Shown here piece by piece: positions 17,409 to 26,608 of a DNA stretch of 64,000 nucleotides. Positions within the stretch are counted from its first letter, which is position 1, and each line of letters starts with the position of its first letter. The stretch covers positions 1,235 to 65,234 of the forward strand of contig SXJP01000036.1 in assembly GCA_005779395.1 (NCBI GenBank), in the 5' to 3' direction. The notes beneath the pieces are model-generated. The model ran no database searches and had not been told where the DNA came from. It was given only the letters and a program-made list of their open reading frames with translations. Made by a program: the position numbers and the translations under genes. This stretch comes from Actinomycetota bacterium (GTDB lineage: Bacteria > Actinomycetota > Acidimicrobiia > IMCC26256 > PALSA-610).

Positions 17409-20240
17409 ATGCAAGATCGCGATGATGCAGTCAATTTCGCTAGTAGACATATTGGCCCGGTCGACCAAAACGTCGCGGAGATGCTCACGCTCCTTGGATA
17501 CGCGAGCCTCGAAGAACTCGTGGATGCCGCAGTCCCAGACAAGATTCGCGACGATGCGCTCGTCGGGCTGGTTTCGGTGTCGGAGACTCGCGCAACCGAG
17601 CTTGTGCGCGCTATCGCCGACTCCAACACAGTGCACAAGTCACTAATCGGACTCGGCTACTACGGCACGATTACCCCCGCTGTAATTCGGCGCAACGTGC
17701 TCGAGAATCCAGCTTGGTACACCGCCTACACGCCGTATCAACCTGAGATATCTCAAGGTCGTCTCGAGGCACTACTCAACTTCCAGACGCTCGTAGCTGA
17801 CCTGACCGGCATGGATATTGCGAACGCCTCGATGCTCGACGAAGCAACAGCAGCAGCCGAAGCGATGACGATGTTGCGACGACAGTCTGCTATCGGTGGT
17901 TCGGTATTCGTCGTCGATTCCGAATGTCTTCCTCAAACAATTGCAGTCGTGGAAACTCGCGCCGAACCACTCGGAATCGAAGTCGTGGTAGCTGATGTTT
18001 CCAAGGCGTTACCTCAGCGGACCTTCGGGATGCTGTTGCAATATCCAGGAGCGAACGGACGCATCCGAGACATTGGCCCGATTATTTGCGAAGCGCACGC
18101 AGCTGGCGTTCAGGTTGCTGTCGCCGCTGACATTCTTGCGTTGTGCGTGCTTGAGTCTCCGGGGGCACTAGGCGCGGACGTAGTTGTTGGTTCGGCGCAG
18201 CGTTTCGGTGTTCCTATGGGATTCGGCGGTCCGCACGCAGGGTTCATGGCCGTACGCGACGACTCCAAACGCGATCTGCCAGGTCGACTTGTCGGAGTGT
18301 CGGTCGACGCGCACTCACGGCCAGCGTTGCGCCTCGCGCTACAAACCCGAGAGCAGCACATCCGTAGAGAAAAGGCGACGAGCAACATCTGCACGGCCCA
18401 AGTGTTGCTTGCGATCATGTCAGGCCTATATGCAGCGTGGCACGGACCCGAGGGTCTACGTACCATCGCAAACAGCGTGCACTCAATTGCAGCGCGATTC
18501 GCCGCGTCGGTACGCGCAGGTGGAATGCGGGTGGTCCACGATGAATTCTTCGACACCGTTTGTGTCGAAGCGATAGGCAGTGCCGACGGTCTTGTTCATG
18601 CCGCTACGTTGCTAGGCATCAATATCCGACGCATAGATGATGATTGCGTCGCTGTTGCGTTCGACGAGACATCCGATGATCAAGTGTTGGCATCTGTGTG
18701 TGCAGCGTTCGCCGTGGCGGAACAAGAGCACGCGTCGTCTGCCTTGCCAAATGCGTTACTGCGCTCGACGCCGTACTGCGAGCACGAAGTTTTCCACCGT
18801 TACCGCTCCGAGACAGAGATGCTGCGGTATCTCCGCGAGCTCTCCGACAAGGACGTAGCCCTAGATCGAGCAATGATTCCACTCGGCAGTTGCACTATGA
18901 AGCTCAACGCGACTTCCGAAATGGAACCCGTTTCATGGCCCGAGTATGCGAACCTGCATCCGTTCGCGCCGATCGAGCAAGTTCAGGGTTACGTGAAGAT
19001 AATCAGGGACCTCGAAGGATGGCTAGCGGAAGTCACCGGGTACGACGCAGTCTCATTGCAGCCAAATGCTGGCTCCCAAGGTGAGTACGCGGGGTTGTTA
19101 GCGATTCGCAAATATCACCGCGAGCGTGGCGATGCGAACCGCGATGTTTGTTTGATTCCCGCTTCGGCACACGGGACAAATGCTGCGAGCGCAGCAATGT
19201 GCGGGCTGAAGGTCGTCGTTGTCGCGTGTGACAGCCTTGGCAACGTCGACATCGCAGACCTCGAAGCCAAGGTAGTAGCGAACGCCGAACGACTCTGCGC
19301 ACTAATGGTTACGTATCCATCGACCCACGGCGTATTCGAGGAACACATCGGAGCGGTCTGCGAACTCATTCATGCACATGGTGGCCAGGTGTATCTCGAT
19401 GGAGCAAATCTCAATGCTCTTGTCGGCTTGGCGCGCCCAGGAAAATTCGGAGCAGATGTATCGCACCTGAATCTCCACAAGACTTTCTGCATCCCTCACG
19501 GTGGTGGCGGGCCGGGCATCGGGCCAGTTGCCGTGCGTGCACATCTCGCTCCGTATTTGCCAAACCATCCACTCAGGCCGGAGTGTGGACCAGCGACTGG
19601 CGCCGGGACGATATCTGCGGCGCCGTGGGGGTCTGCCGGAATCTTGGTTATCCCGTGGATGTATGTGACCATGATGGGTGGCGCAGGACTCGCACGAGCG
19701 ACGCGCGTGGCGATACTTAACGCCAATTACATCGCGGCAAGACTTTCAACGCACTACCCGATTCTGTTCACAGGCTCAAGCGGCCTAGTGGCTCACGAAT
19801 GCATTGTCGATCTCCGCCCGATTACTAAATCAAGCGGCGTCAGTGTCGACGATGTAGCGAAGCGACTGGTCGACTATGGGTTCCATGCACCGACAATGTC
19901 GTTCCCAGTAGCTGGCACATTGATGATCGAACCAACCGAGTCAGAGTCGCTCGCCGAGATCGATCGATTCTGCGATGCGATGATCGCGATTAAATCCGAG
20001 ATCATGCGAGTTGAGTCTGGCGAGTGGCGAGCAGATGACAACCCGTTGCACAATGCTCCGCATACAGCGGCAGAGGTGACTGCCGACGAGTGGCCACACG
20101 CATACTCGCGGCAACTGGCCGCTTACCCAGTCGAATCGCTCCGGCGGCGCAAGTATTGGCCGCCTGTAAGTCGGATCGATGGGGTTTACGGCGACCGCAA
20201 TGTCGTATGTAGCTGTCCGCCAGTAAGTGCATACGAATAG
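17409..20240 (+). CDS. gcvP: Glycine dehydrogenase (decarboxylating), glycine cleavage system P protein
   Basis: 943 aa, full-length single-chain P protein. PLP-lysine region [19 protein letters not shown]. Confidence 0.95.
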   Translation: MQDRDDAVNFASRHIGPVDQNVAEMLTLLGYASLEELVDAAVPDKIRDDALVGLVSVSETRATELVRAIADSNTVHKSLIGLGYYGTITPAVIRRNVLENPAWYTAYTPYQPEISQGRLEALLNFQTLVADLTGMDIANASMLDEATAAAEAMTMLRRQSAIGGSVFVVDSECLPQTIAVVETRAEPLGIEVVVADVSKALPQRTFGMLLQYPGANGRIRDIGPIICEAHAAGVQVAVAADILALCVLESPGALGADVVVGSAQRFGVPMGFGGPHAGFMAVRDDSKRDLPGRLVGVSVDAHSRPALRLALQTREQHIRREKATSNICTAQVLLAIMSGLYAAWHGPEGLRTIANSVHSIAARFAASVRAGGMRVVHDEFFDTVCVEAIGSADGLVHAATLLGINIRRIDDDCVAVAFDETSDDQVLASVCAAFAVAEQEHASSALPNALLRSTPYCEHEVFHRYRSETEMLRYLRELSDKDVALDRAMIPLGSCTMKLNATSEMEPVSWPEYANLHPFAPIEQVQGYVKIIRDLEGWLAEVTGYDAVSLQPNAGSQGEYAGLLAIRKYHRERGDANRDVCLIPASAHGTNAASAAMCGLKVVVVACDSLGNVDIADLEAKVVANAERLCALMVTYPSTHGVFEEHIGAVCELIHAHGGQVYLDGANLNALVGLARPGKFGADVSHLNLHKTFCIPHGGGGPGIGPVAVRAHLAPYLPNHPLRPECGPATGAGTISAAPWGSAGILVIPWMYVTMMGGAGLARATRVAILNANYIAARLSTHYPILFTGSSGLVAHECIVDLRPITKSSGVSVDDVAKRLVDYGFHAPTMSFPVAGTLMIEPTESESLAEIDRFCDAMIAIKSEIMRVESGEWRADDNPLHNAPHTAAEVTADEWPHAYSRQLAAYPVESLRRRKYWPPVSRIDGVYGDRNVVCSCPPVSAYE

Positions 20241-20262
20241 GCCGGCTCACCACCTCACGGCG

Positions 20263-21135
20263 CTACTCGAGCGCAACACCAAGTGAACTAGCCGAGTCTT
20301 CTATTTGGGTGCGCAATATTTCGACGCTGTTAGGCCGCAAGTGGAGAGAATCGAGTGCTAGCTCTAGATCTCCCGCCGGTTCGCCGAAGTGAACGGCTTC
20401 ACCAAGGACTTCGTATGCGAGTGCTTCGCCGGCCGCGATGAGGTGAGCTAGTGGATCGAAGTAGCTGTCCTGCGGTTGGTGGTGGAATGAAATCGCTGAA
20501 GCAATGTCGCCTGGCAATCCCCATACCGAGAACGCAAGACGCGTCAGGCGCGCATGGTCGCAACCGAACATGTCGTGTTCCTTCTTCGTGAGAGATTCTG
20601 GTTCTTGTAACAGTCCGACATAGCAAATTGGATCACGTTGATGTAACAACGCTGCGCCAAGGTCGTGCATCAGGCCAGCGCACATCGCGTCTGCGGTGGG
20701 AATGCGCGCTTGACGCGCAAGCAGCGACGTAGTGACGGCAACGGCCGCTGAGTGCTCCCAATATTTCGGAGGAAGTGAACTTCGTCCGCCAGCGAATAAG
20801 CCAGCACTCTCCGATAATGCAAGTGCACGGACCGTTGAGCGGCCGAGTGCGATCACGGCCCTGTCGACACTCTTGATTTTTCCGGCTAGACCGTATGCAG
20901 GGGAGTTGACGAGTTTCAGTATTCGAGCGCAAAGCGCCGGATCGGTCTGTAGCGCATCGGCGACGCGTTGGGCTGGGCTGTGATGGTCGTTCAGAACTCC
21001 TAACACGTTCATCAGCGTTCCGCTCGCCATTGGCAACGCCTTCAGATCATCGAGGAATCGGAGTTCTGCCGCGGAATGAGTCACGATTGGGTCCCTTCGA
21101 TTTTCGCCCATCCATGGACCACGCCTAAGTGCCAC
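20263..21135 (-). CDS. HDOD-domain signalling protein
   Basis: 290 aa. LKLVNSPAYGL...SVDRAVIALG and a downstream HD-like helical region are typical of HDOD. Confidence 0.75.
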   Translation of the reverse strand: MALRRGPWMGENRRDPIVTHSAAELRFLDDLKALPMASGTLMNVLGVLNDHHSPAQRVADALQTDPALCARILKLVNSPAYGLAGKIKSVDRAVIALGRSTVRALALSESAGLFAGGRSSLPPKYWEHSAAVAVTTSLLARQARIPTADAMCAGLMHDLGAALLHQRDPICYVGLLQEPESLTKKEHDMFGCDHARLTRLAFSVWGLPGDIASAISFHHQPQDSYFDPLAHLIAAGEALAYEVLGEAVHFGEPAGDLELALDSLHLRPNSVEILRTQIEDSASSLGVALE

Positions 21136-21214
21136 AGGATCGGCCGTGCGAGCGGGGGACTAAATGAGAAAGAACGCGAAAACGAGATAAATCATCTAAC
21201 CGGGGCATTCGCGG

Positions 21215-21547
21215 TTAGTGAAATGTGGCGGACGTCTCTTTTGCGATTGCTACGCGCAGAAAATCGTCAAAGGAACGCGTTTGGCATCGTGCCGGGCGAG
21301 GAGTGTCGTATTCACAGAAGCCGTGGGTGGCACTGATTGCTCGCGAGATCGAGGGGGTCGCGATTGGTCTGTCGGAATGCCGCACGCGTAGCGCATCGAA
21401 CGCGCGCAACGCGTCGGAGAACTCGTTCGAGTTGCCACCAGCATCAGGATGGGTGCACTTGGCTCGGGTCCGGAACGCGGCGCGGATTTCTGTGAAACCC
21501 GCTTGCTCGGACACGCCGAGAAACTGTGCTGCAGTGCGTCCGTCCAT
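21215..21547 (-). CDS. Small stand-alone J-domain protein
   Basis: 110 aa. FLGV...EIRAAFRTRAKCTHPDAGG contains the HPD tripeptide in J-domain context. Confidence 0.65.
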   Translation of the reverse strand: MDGRTAAQFLGVSEQAGFTEIRAAFRTRAKCTHPDAGGNSNEFSDALRAFDALRVRHSDRPIATPSISRAISATHGFCEYDTPRPARCQTRSFDDFLRVAIAKETSATFH

Positions 21548-21639
21548 GGACGACCTTCCGTGGTCGACTTCGATTTGAGCTGATCCTTCAGCTCGCGACT
21601 ATTTATCGGCAGTGATGTCCGTTGGGCAAGGGGGTATTA

Positions 21640-23013
21640 CTAGCTCGTTTGCGCTACATCGACTACATGCTGGCCTGTGGCAGCACCGAGGGACTTGGCA
21701 TTGCCAAACTCGACGATTGCGCCATTGCGCTGCATAATCGCATAGCCATCACCGGAATTAGACACCACCATGTCGGCGGCGACTTTCGGCTCGCACAACC
21801 CGAGCATCGGAATCGTGCCTACTTCGGCTGCATCGCCGAATGCGCGTGGAACACCCCGCTCATTGAGCAGCCAGTAGCCGTCGCCGGTCGAAGTCATTGC
21901 GATGGCGATAATCGGCGAATTGAGGTTCAAGCGTGACGTGTCTCCGAAGTTCTGTGCACTCCCGAACTTATACACATCGCCACGTTCACTCACTAGCGCA
22001 TAACCGTTACCGGTCGCGACCATGTCGACTATCGGCGACGTGAGTTGGTGATTAGTAGCGGACCCGTAGGACTGTGCTGCGCCGAACGCGTAGACAGCCC
22101 CGTCGTCGGTTGCAAGCCAGAAACCCTTACCGACCTTCGTTGCAGCAATTGCTACGACATTGGCTTGGAATTGCGTCGACTTGATAGCGCCCTCTGTCGT
22201 GGCATCACCGAAGCGATAGACGGTGCCATCAGACGTTGCGATCCAGTACCCAGCACCCGTAGGGGTAGCTGCGATGCCGACGACCGGTGAAGAAACGCCG
22301 CTTGCGTTGCGATCACCAAAGTGGCGAGCAGTCCCGTGTGCTGTGACAGTTCCGTCATCGCTAACCGTCAGGTAACCGGCGATCGTGCCAGCCTGCGGGT
22401 CGGGTGTCGGCGCAGAGTTTGCGGCACAGAGTCCTGCAACCGGAATACCTTGCGCTAGTTGAAGTGATGCGAAAGCGTTGATTGGTTCGCCGTTCGGATC
22501 GCGGATCTCGAAATGGAGATGCGGAACGCTGCTCTCCGCATTTCCACTGTCGCCGAGGTATGCGATGAAGTCACCGCGCTTCACAGTCGCGCCAACTTCT
22601 ATACCTGCAGGGAATCGGTACTTGGGAGGATTCAGCCCATCGTCGGTTCCAGGGGTGTCGTTATTGACGTGCATATAGCTGTACGTCCAGCCATCTGAAT
22701 CTTTGATCTTGATCCAGTTGCCCGCTGTCCCAGCGGCATCGGTCCGTAAGTAAGTGACGGTCGCGTCGCGTGTGGCGACCATGTGGCTAAGGCGTGACCC
22801 AATTAGGTCTTGGCCTTCGTGGAAGCGGGTGCAACCATCGCGACAAGCGCCGTAGGTATCTGAGTAATCGACGTGCTCTGTAACAGGGAAAGTAATGTCG
22901 CGAACCTGCGGAAGTGATGCGTCCGCGCGTGACGCCGGAACGCCAACACCTCCGGCAATGGCAACGCAGGCTGTATAAGCCGCAATGAACAAAAGACTGA
23001 ATCGACGCATCAT
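21640..23013 (-). CDS. Secreted M23-family metallopeptidase with six C-terminal ~40-aa repeats (propeller-like)
   Basis: Signal peptide MMRRFSLLFIAAYTACVAIAGG. M23 motifs FHEGQD and PHLHFEI. Six repeats of G[YF][WA][LI]xxxxGxVxxFGxAxxxG. Confidence 0.8.
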   Translation of the reverse strand: MMRRFSLLFIAAYTACVAIAGGVGVPASRADASLPQVRDITFPVTEHVDYSDTYGACRDGCTRFHEGQDLIGSRLSHMVATRDATVTYLRTDAAGTAGNWIKIKDSDGWTYSYMHVNNDTPGTDDGLNPPKYRFPAGIEVGATVKRGDFIAYLGDSGNAESSVPHLHFEIRDPNGEPINAFASLQLAQGIPVAGLCAANSAPTPDPQAGTIAGYLTVSDDGTVTAHGTARHFGDRNASGVSSPVVGIAATPTGAGYWIATSDGTVYRFGDATTEGAIKSTQFQANVVAIAATKVGKGFWLATDDGAVYAFGAAQSYGSATNHQLTSPIVDMVATGNGYALVSERGDVYKFGSAQNFGDTSRLNLNSPIIAIAMTSTGDGYWLLNERGVPRAFGDAAEVGTIPMLGLCEPKVAADMVVSNSGDGYAIMQRNGAIVEFGNAKSLGAATGQHVVDVAQTS

Positions 23014-23190
23014 TTGTGGAACGACCCCCCTAGGCCTAACTCTCGGCCGTTAGGACCGACACAGGAGTTCATCGGCCTTGCTGACCCGAACCTTGAAACG
23101 CAGGTTGTGCGGAGGGACGGTTCGTCCTGAAGCGAGGTCGATTTCGACTTATTGCTTGATGCGAAAGCCTGCCGATACCGTGGGTACCGT

Positions 23191-23211
23191 GCTAGTTACT
23201 AATCGGTAACT
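23191..23211 (+). promoter_or_regulatory. Operator/promoter-like element: GCTAGTTACTAAT plus inverted repeat AGTTAC-N6-GTAACT
   Basis: Lies 42-62 bp upstream of the acyl-CoA dehydrogenase ATG 23253. The 13-mer recurs (12/13) at 8412-8425 on the opposite strand. Confidence 0.4.
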
Positions 23212-23252
23212 TTGTGCACAGGCACACAAATCTCAATTGATTGGACAGAGCC

Positions 23253-24476
23253 ATGGGCGATTTTTCTCTTGACCTAAACGACGACCAACTTGAGCTACAA
23301 AAGTGGGTACACGCCTTTTCGCGCGACGTCATTCGACCAGTCGCAGCTGAGTACGACGAGAAGGAAGAAACGCCGTGGCCTGTCATCGAAGAAGCAGCGA
23401 ACATCGGCCTCTATTCGGTTGACTTTGTAACTAACGCGTTCGTCGACCCGACTGGCATCACGTTCCCGATGATCAGCGAAGAATTGAGTTGGGGTGACGC
23501 AGGTATTGCACTCGCGATCATGGGAACCACACTTGGCGTGAGCGGCATCGTTGGTAACGGAACGCCAGAGCAGATCGCAGAGTGGGTTCCCGAGTGTTTC
23601 GGGACGCCGGGCGACATCCACCTCGGAGCCTTCGCCGTTAGCGAACCCGACGCCGGTTCGGATGTCTCGTCACTTCGTACGCGCGCCGTTTACGACCAAG
23701 CGACAGACGAATGGGTCATCAACGGTACGAAGACTTGGATCACCAACGGTGGTATCGACAAGGTCCCGACAGTGCATGTCGTCGTCGCTGCAGTCGAACC
23801 AGAACTCAAGTCGCGCGGCCACGCCTCGTTCGTTGTGCCTCCTGGTACGCCCGGTTGCAGGCAAGGCCAAAAGTTCTCGAAGATGGGAATTCGCGCATCG
23901 CACACCGCCGAGGTCGTGTTCGAGGATTGCCGCGTGCCTGGGCATTGTTTGCTCGGCGGTAAAGAGAAGCTCGACGAGCGTCTCGCTCGCGCTCGCGAGG
24001 GCAAGAGTTCCCGCGTACAAGCAGCGATGAGTACGTTCGAGGCTTCACGGCCACTAGTTGGCGCGCAGGCTCTCGGAATTGCTCGCGCTGCATATGAGTA
24101 TGCACTCGACTACGCGAAAGAGCGCACTGCGTTCAACCGCCCGATCATCATGAACCAGGCAATCGCGTTCAAGCTCGCTGACATGAAAATGCAGATCGAC
24201 GCAGCGCGGCTACTTGTTTGGCGTGCCACCTGGATGGCAGCAGCTAAGAAGCAGTTCGTTTCCGGCGAAGGTTCGATGAGCAAGCTTTATGCTGGCGAGG
24301 TAGCCGTGCGCGTTACCGACGAAGCGATCCAGATTCTCGGTGGCGCCGGCTATGTGAAGGATCACCCTGTCGAACAGTGGCACCGCGACTCGAAGATTTA
24401 CACAATCTTCGAAGGCACGAGCGAGATCCAGCGTTTGGTTATTGCCCGCGCAATCAGCGGTTTGCACATCCCGTAG
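23253..24476 (+). CDS. Acyl-CoA dehydrogenase
   Basis: ATG 23253 (MGDFSLDLNDDQ). Canonical catalytic-base region IFEGTSEIQRLVIAR. Confidence 0.9.
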   Translation: MGDFSLDLNDDQLELQKWVHAFSRDVIRPVAAEYDEKEETPWPVIEEAANIGLYSVDFVTNAFVDPTGITFPMISEELSWGDAGIALAIMGTTLGVSGIVGNGTPEQIAEWVPECFGTPGDIHLGAFAVSEPDAGSDVSSLRTRAVYDQATDEWVINGTKTWITNGGIDKVPTVHVVVAAVEPELKSRGHASFVVPPGTPGCRQGQKFSKMGIRASHTAEVVFEDCRVPGHCLLGGKEKLDERLARAREGKSSRVQAAMSTFEASRPLVGAQALGIARAAYEYALDYAKERTAFNRPIIMNQAIAFKLADMKMQIDAARLLVWRATWMAAAKKQFVSGEGSMSKLYAGEVAVRVTDEAIQILGGAGYVKDHPVEQWHRDSKIYTIFEGTSEIQRLVIARAISGLHIP

Positions 24477-24521
24477 ATCCAGCGCGAACGAAATGTGCAG
24501 CGCGACTGTCTGAAGAGTTTC

Positions 24522-25499
24522 TTAGCGTTCGGTGCCTGTTACGACGCGGTCGCTTTCGAGGTCGAACACGTGTCTATCGCCGAAGGTCGTGACTTCGCCC
24601 TTGTCGTCGATGCAGCATGCGTAGGCACTCCCAAGGAGGCTTCGGTAGTGGTCTGTACCGAAATCTTTCAGTTCACCAGAAGCTACAAAAAGTGCCTTAG
24701 TGAGCGCTTCTGCCTGCCAGGCAGAGCCAGCAACGACAGTGGCGGTCAGTAGAGAAGTCGCGACCGGATTCCCGGTGCGGGGATCCACGATGTGGTGCAG
24801 GTGTCTTCCATCGGCCGACTGCCACGCACGGCGAATGCGACTCGAAGTACATACGCCGCCGGATTCGAGTGTTACACGTCCGACTATATGAGTGGCGTCG
24901 TAAGGATCTTCTATGCCGACGATCCAGCCATGGTCATCTGGAGGATCTCCCGCTGCTGCTACGTCGCCCCCGAGATTGACCATGACGCCATCGACCCCAG
25001 AATCCAAGAGTTCACGCACGACTATGTCAGCGGCGAGGCCCTTGCCGATGCCACCGGGATCGAAGCCGACACCGGTGCCGAGGCTGACCGCGTTCAGGTA
25101 AGGATCGAGTCGTATTCCGGCGCATCCAGGCGCAGGCTTTCCGATATGTGCGACGAAGGCCGCACTCTTCGTAACCTCTGGAAAATCTCGGTCGTAGCCG
25201 ATTGAGCAAATGGCATCGATGATCGTCGGGTCATAGCGGCCCGCTGTTTCATCGCATGCGCGGGCCGCTGTTTCCACCAGTCTGAAAGTGTCCGGCGAGA
25301 CGACTACAGGTACCCCACGGTGCGTATTGAGCTTAGAAATCTCGCTACTTGCGCGAAAACGCGACCAACGAGACTCGAGGTGCTCGATGCGTTCTTCGGC
25401 ATAGCGAAGCGCGTCGGCGCATGTGGTGGGGTCGCGTCCAGCCACAACAAGGTGGATGCCACAGCCCATAGCTTGCCAACGGTGCTGCTTAGTCGTCAT
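24522..25499 (-). CDS. apbE: FAD:protein FMN transferase (ApbE family)
   Basis: FDPGGIGKGLAAD, VNLGGD and HHIVDPRTG motifs. Family similarity starts at MTTKQHRWQAMG (ATG 25499). No signal peptide or lipobox is evident. The start overlaps the stop of the upstream gene by 11 nt. Confidence 0.85.
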   Translation of the reverse strand: MTTKQHRWQAMGCGIHLVVAGRDPTTCADALRYAEERIEHLESRWSRFRASSEISKLNTHRGVPVVVSPDTFRLVETAARACDETAGRYDPTIIDAICSIGYDRDFPEVTKSAAFVAHIGKPAPGCAGIRLDPYLNAVSLGTGVGFDPGGIGKGLAADIVVRELLDSGVDGVMVNLGGDVAAAGDPPDDHGWIVGIEDPYDATHIVGRVTLESGGVCTSSRIRRAWQSADGRHLHHIVDPRTGNPVATSLLTATVVAGSAWQAEALTKALFVASGELKDFGTDHYRSLLGSAYACCIDDKGEVTTFGDRHVFDLESDRVVTGTER

Positions 25500-25950
25500 C
25501 TCCGTCTTCGTGGTCTTCGTCTTCGTGGTCTTCGTCTTCGTGGTCTTCGTCTTCGTGGTCTTCGTCTTCGTGGTCTTCGTCTTCGTGGTCTTCGTCTTCG
25601 TGGTCTTCGTCCTCGTGGTCGCCTGAGGCACTAGCACCAGTGGTGGTCGTTACAGAGGGAATTGTTGACTCGACCACAAGTGCTGCTTCGTCGGCGAGCG
25701 ACTCGACTGACTCAGCCGATTCTGGGGATGTCGAGACGAACGGCTGACTCGGATCGTCGATGTAGACCTCGATCACCGTCGGTTCGCCAAGTGCTTGAGT
25801 TGAGTCGCTGGCAGGGACTTCGTCGGCGTTGGTCGAAGCGCTCGGAGCAGTCGCATCGTTGTTTCCCACTGCTGCTACGGCCACTCCACCGAACGCCAGG
25901 GACGCAACTGCTGCGACCGTGATGGCATCGCGCTTTTTCATTGGTTTCAT
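25489..25950 (-). CDS. Membrane-anchored/exported low-complexity protein with a C-terminal (HEDED)n tail
   Basis: 153 aa. N-terminal hydrophobic helix AITVAAVASLAFGGVAVAAV, acidic Ser/Thr-rich body, and a tail of HEDED x7 encoded by a 15-bp tandem repeat. RBS GAAGGGA upstream. Confidence 0.6.
   Translation of the reverse strand: MKPMKKRDAITVAAVASLAFGGVAVAAVGNNDATAPSASTNADEVPASDSTQALGEPTVIEVYIDDPSQPFVSTSPESAESVESLADEAALVVESTIPSVTTTTGASASGDHEDEDHEDEDHEDEDHEDEDHEDEDHEDEDHEDEDHEDGDDD
25504..25620 (-). repeat. 15-bp tandem repeat GTCTTCGTGGTCTTC, 7 perfect units plus 1 variant
   Basis: Read directly from the sequence. On the minus strand it is in frame and encodes (HEDED)n at the C-terminus of the 25489..25950 product. 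Confidence 0.95.
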
Positions 25951-26081
25951 GCTCGTTTCCCTTCTTTAGTGCTTGAGTGTGGGAGCCGTGGACCGACCCC
26001 CTTGGTCGTGTTTGCACCGTAGAAGGGCATCGGCAAAGAGACGGTTTCGATTTATCCAAGAACGATCAAAAACTCATACGA

Positions 26082-26126
26082 GGCGGTTTCTTGGACGTCG
26101 CTTGGAAAAGTGCAGGCCGTTTCTTG
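26082..26126 (+). promoter_or_regulatory. Direct repeat GGC(G/C)GTTTCTTG x2, spaced 33 bp (plus a partial ACGGTTTCGA at 26041)
   Basis: 11/12 identical 12-mers at 26082-26093 and 26115-26126. They lie in the divergent promoter region of the ApbE unit and the MsrQ-like/FGE-like unit. Confidence 0.3.
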
Positions 26127-26181
26127 CCGAGGATGCTCGTATCGTCGAACTAGCAATTCAAAACTGAGGAGGGTCTAACAC

Positions 26182-26598
26182 GTGGCGAAAAGACGCCGAA
26201 CGGCAACACCCACAAAGATCGTTGCAACGTCTGCAACAGTCGCAACAACAATTGCTACGACAGGTGTAATTGCAGCGAACGACGAAATGGCGACGCGAGT
26301 GAAAGGCTTGCAGCCAAAAACTCTTTCGGTACTAGAGCCGCAGACGACAACCGCGATTGCTGCTCCCAAAATCGTGTTTGTGGTGTATAAGAGGCCGAGT
26401 GCCACCGCTGGAGTGTCCGGCGACCCGCAACGGACCACAAATGGAGCGAGCACTAGTACTAACCGAAGTTCAGCCACTGCGAATCCTGGGGCCATTGCGC
26501 CGAGCGACGGTGTCCAGTTGATGACTCCGACCTCCGCTGCACCTCCACCCTCACCTCCGCCGCCACCTCCGCCGACGACGTCAAGCGGCGGAAGTTAG
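26182..26598 (+). CDS. Hypothetical anchored protein with Thr/Ala-rich N-terminus and poly-Pro C-terminus
   Basis: 138 aa. The GTG start lies 8 nt after GAGGAGGG. N-terminus is KRRRTATPTKIVATSATVATTIATTGVIAA and the C-terminus PPPSPPPPPPPTTSSGGS. First gene of a plus-strand unit. Confidence 0.5.
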   Translation: MAKRRRTATPTKIVATSATVATTIATTGVIAANDEMATRVKGLQPKTLSVLEPQTTTAIAAPKIVFVVYKRPSATAGVSGDPQRTTNGASTSTNRSSATANPGAIAPSDGVQLMTPTSAAPPPSPPPPPPPTTSSGGS

Positions 26599-26608
26599 CG
26601 AAGCTGTA

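Noticed and set aside
23014-23200. c-di-AMP (ydaO-type) riboswitch in the leader of the M23 peptidase gene
   Set aside because: Cell-wall hydrolase genes in Actinobacteria often carry this riboswitch. I could not recognise its conserved ACGGGGA / GGGGUGAAUC / CCCGAAUCC-type segments in the reverse-complemented leader, so I report it only as a structured leader.
25504-25620. Possible CRISPR-like array (also considered for 30935-31030)
   Set aside because: The units are 15 bp and 9 bp, directly abutting with no spacers, and in frame within coding sequences. No cas genes are present in the window.
25320-25634. Plus-strand ORFs across the repeat (LRLRGLR... and VFVVFVF...)
   Set aside because: These are frame artefacts of the tandem repeat, antisense to two well-supported minus-strand genes.
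25500-25637. N-terminal extension of the ApbE ORF translating as (TKTKTT)n
   Set aside because: This is the 15-bp repeat read in the wrong frame. ApbE-family similarity begins only at MTTKQHRWQAMG (ATG 25499). The same DNA is the in-frame C-terminal tail of the upstream gene, whose stop overlaps that ATG.
26175-26495. Minus-strand 106-aa ORF opposite the 26182..26598 ORF
   Set aside because: The plus-strand ORF has a strong RBS (GAGGAGGG, 8-nt spacing). It also continues into the tightly packed plus-strand operon. The minus ORF has neither support.
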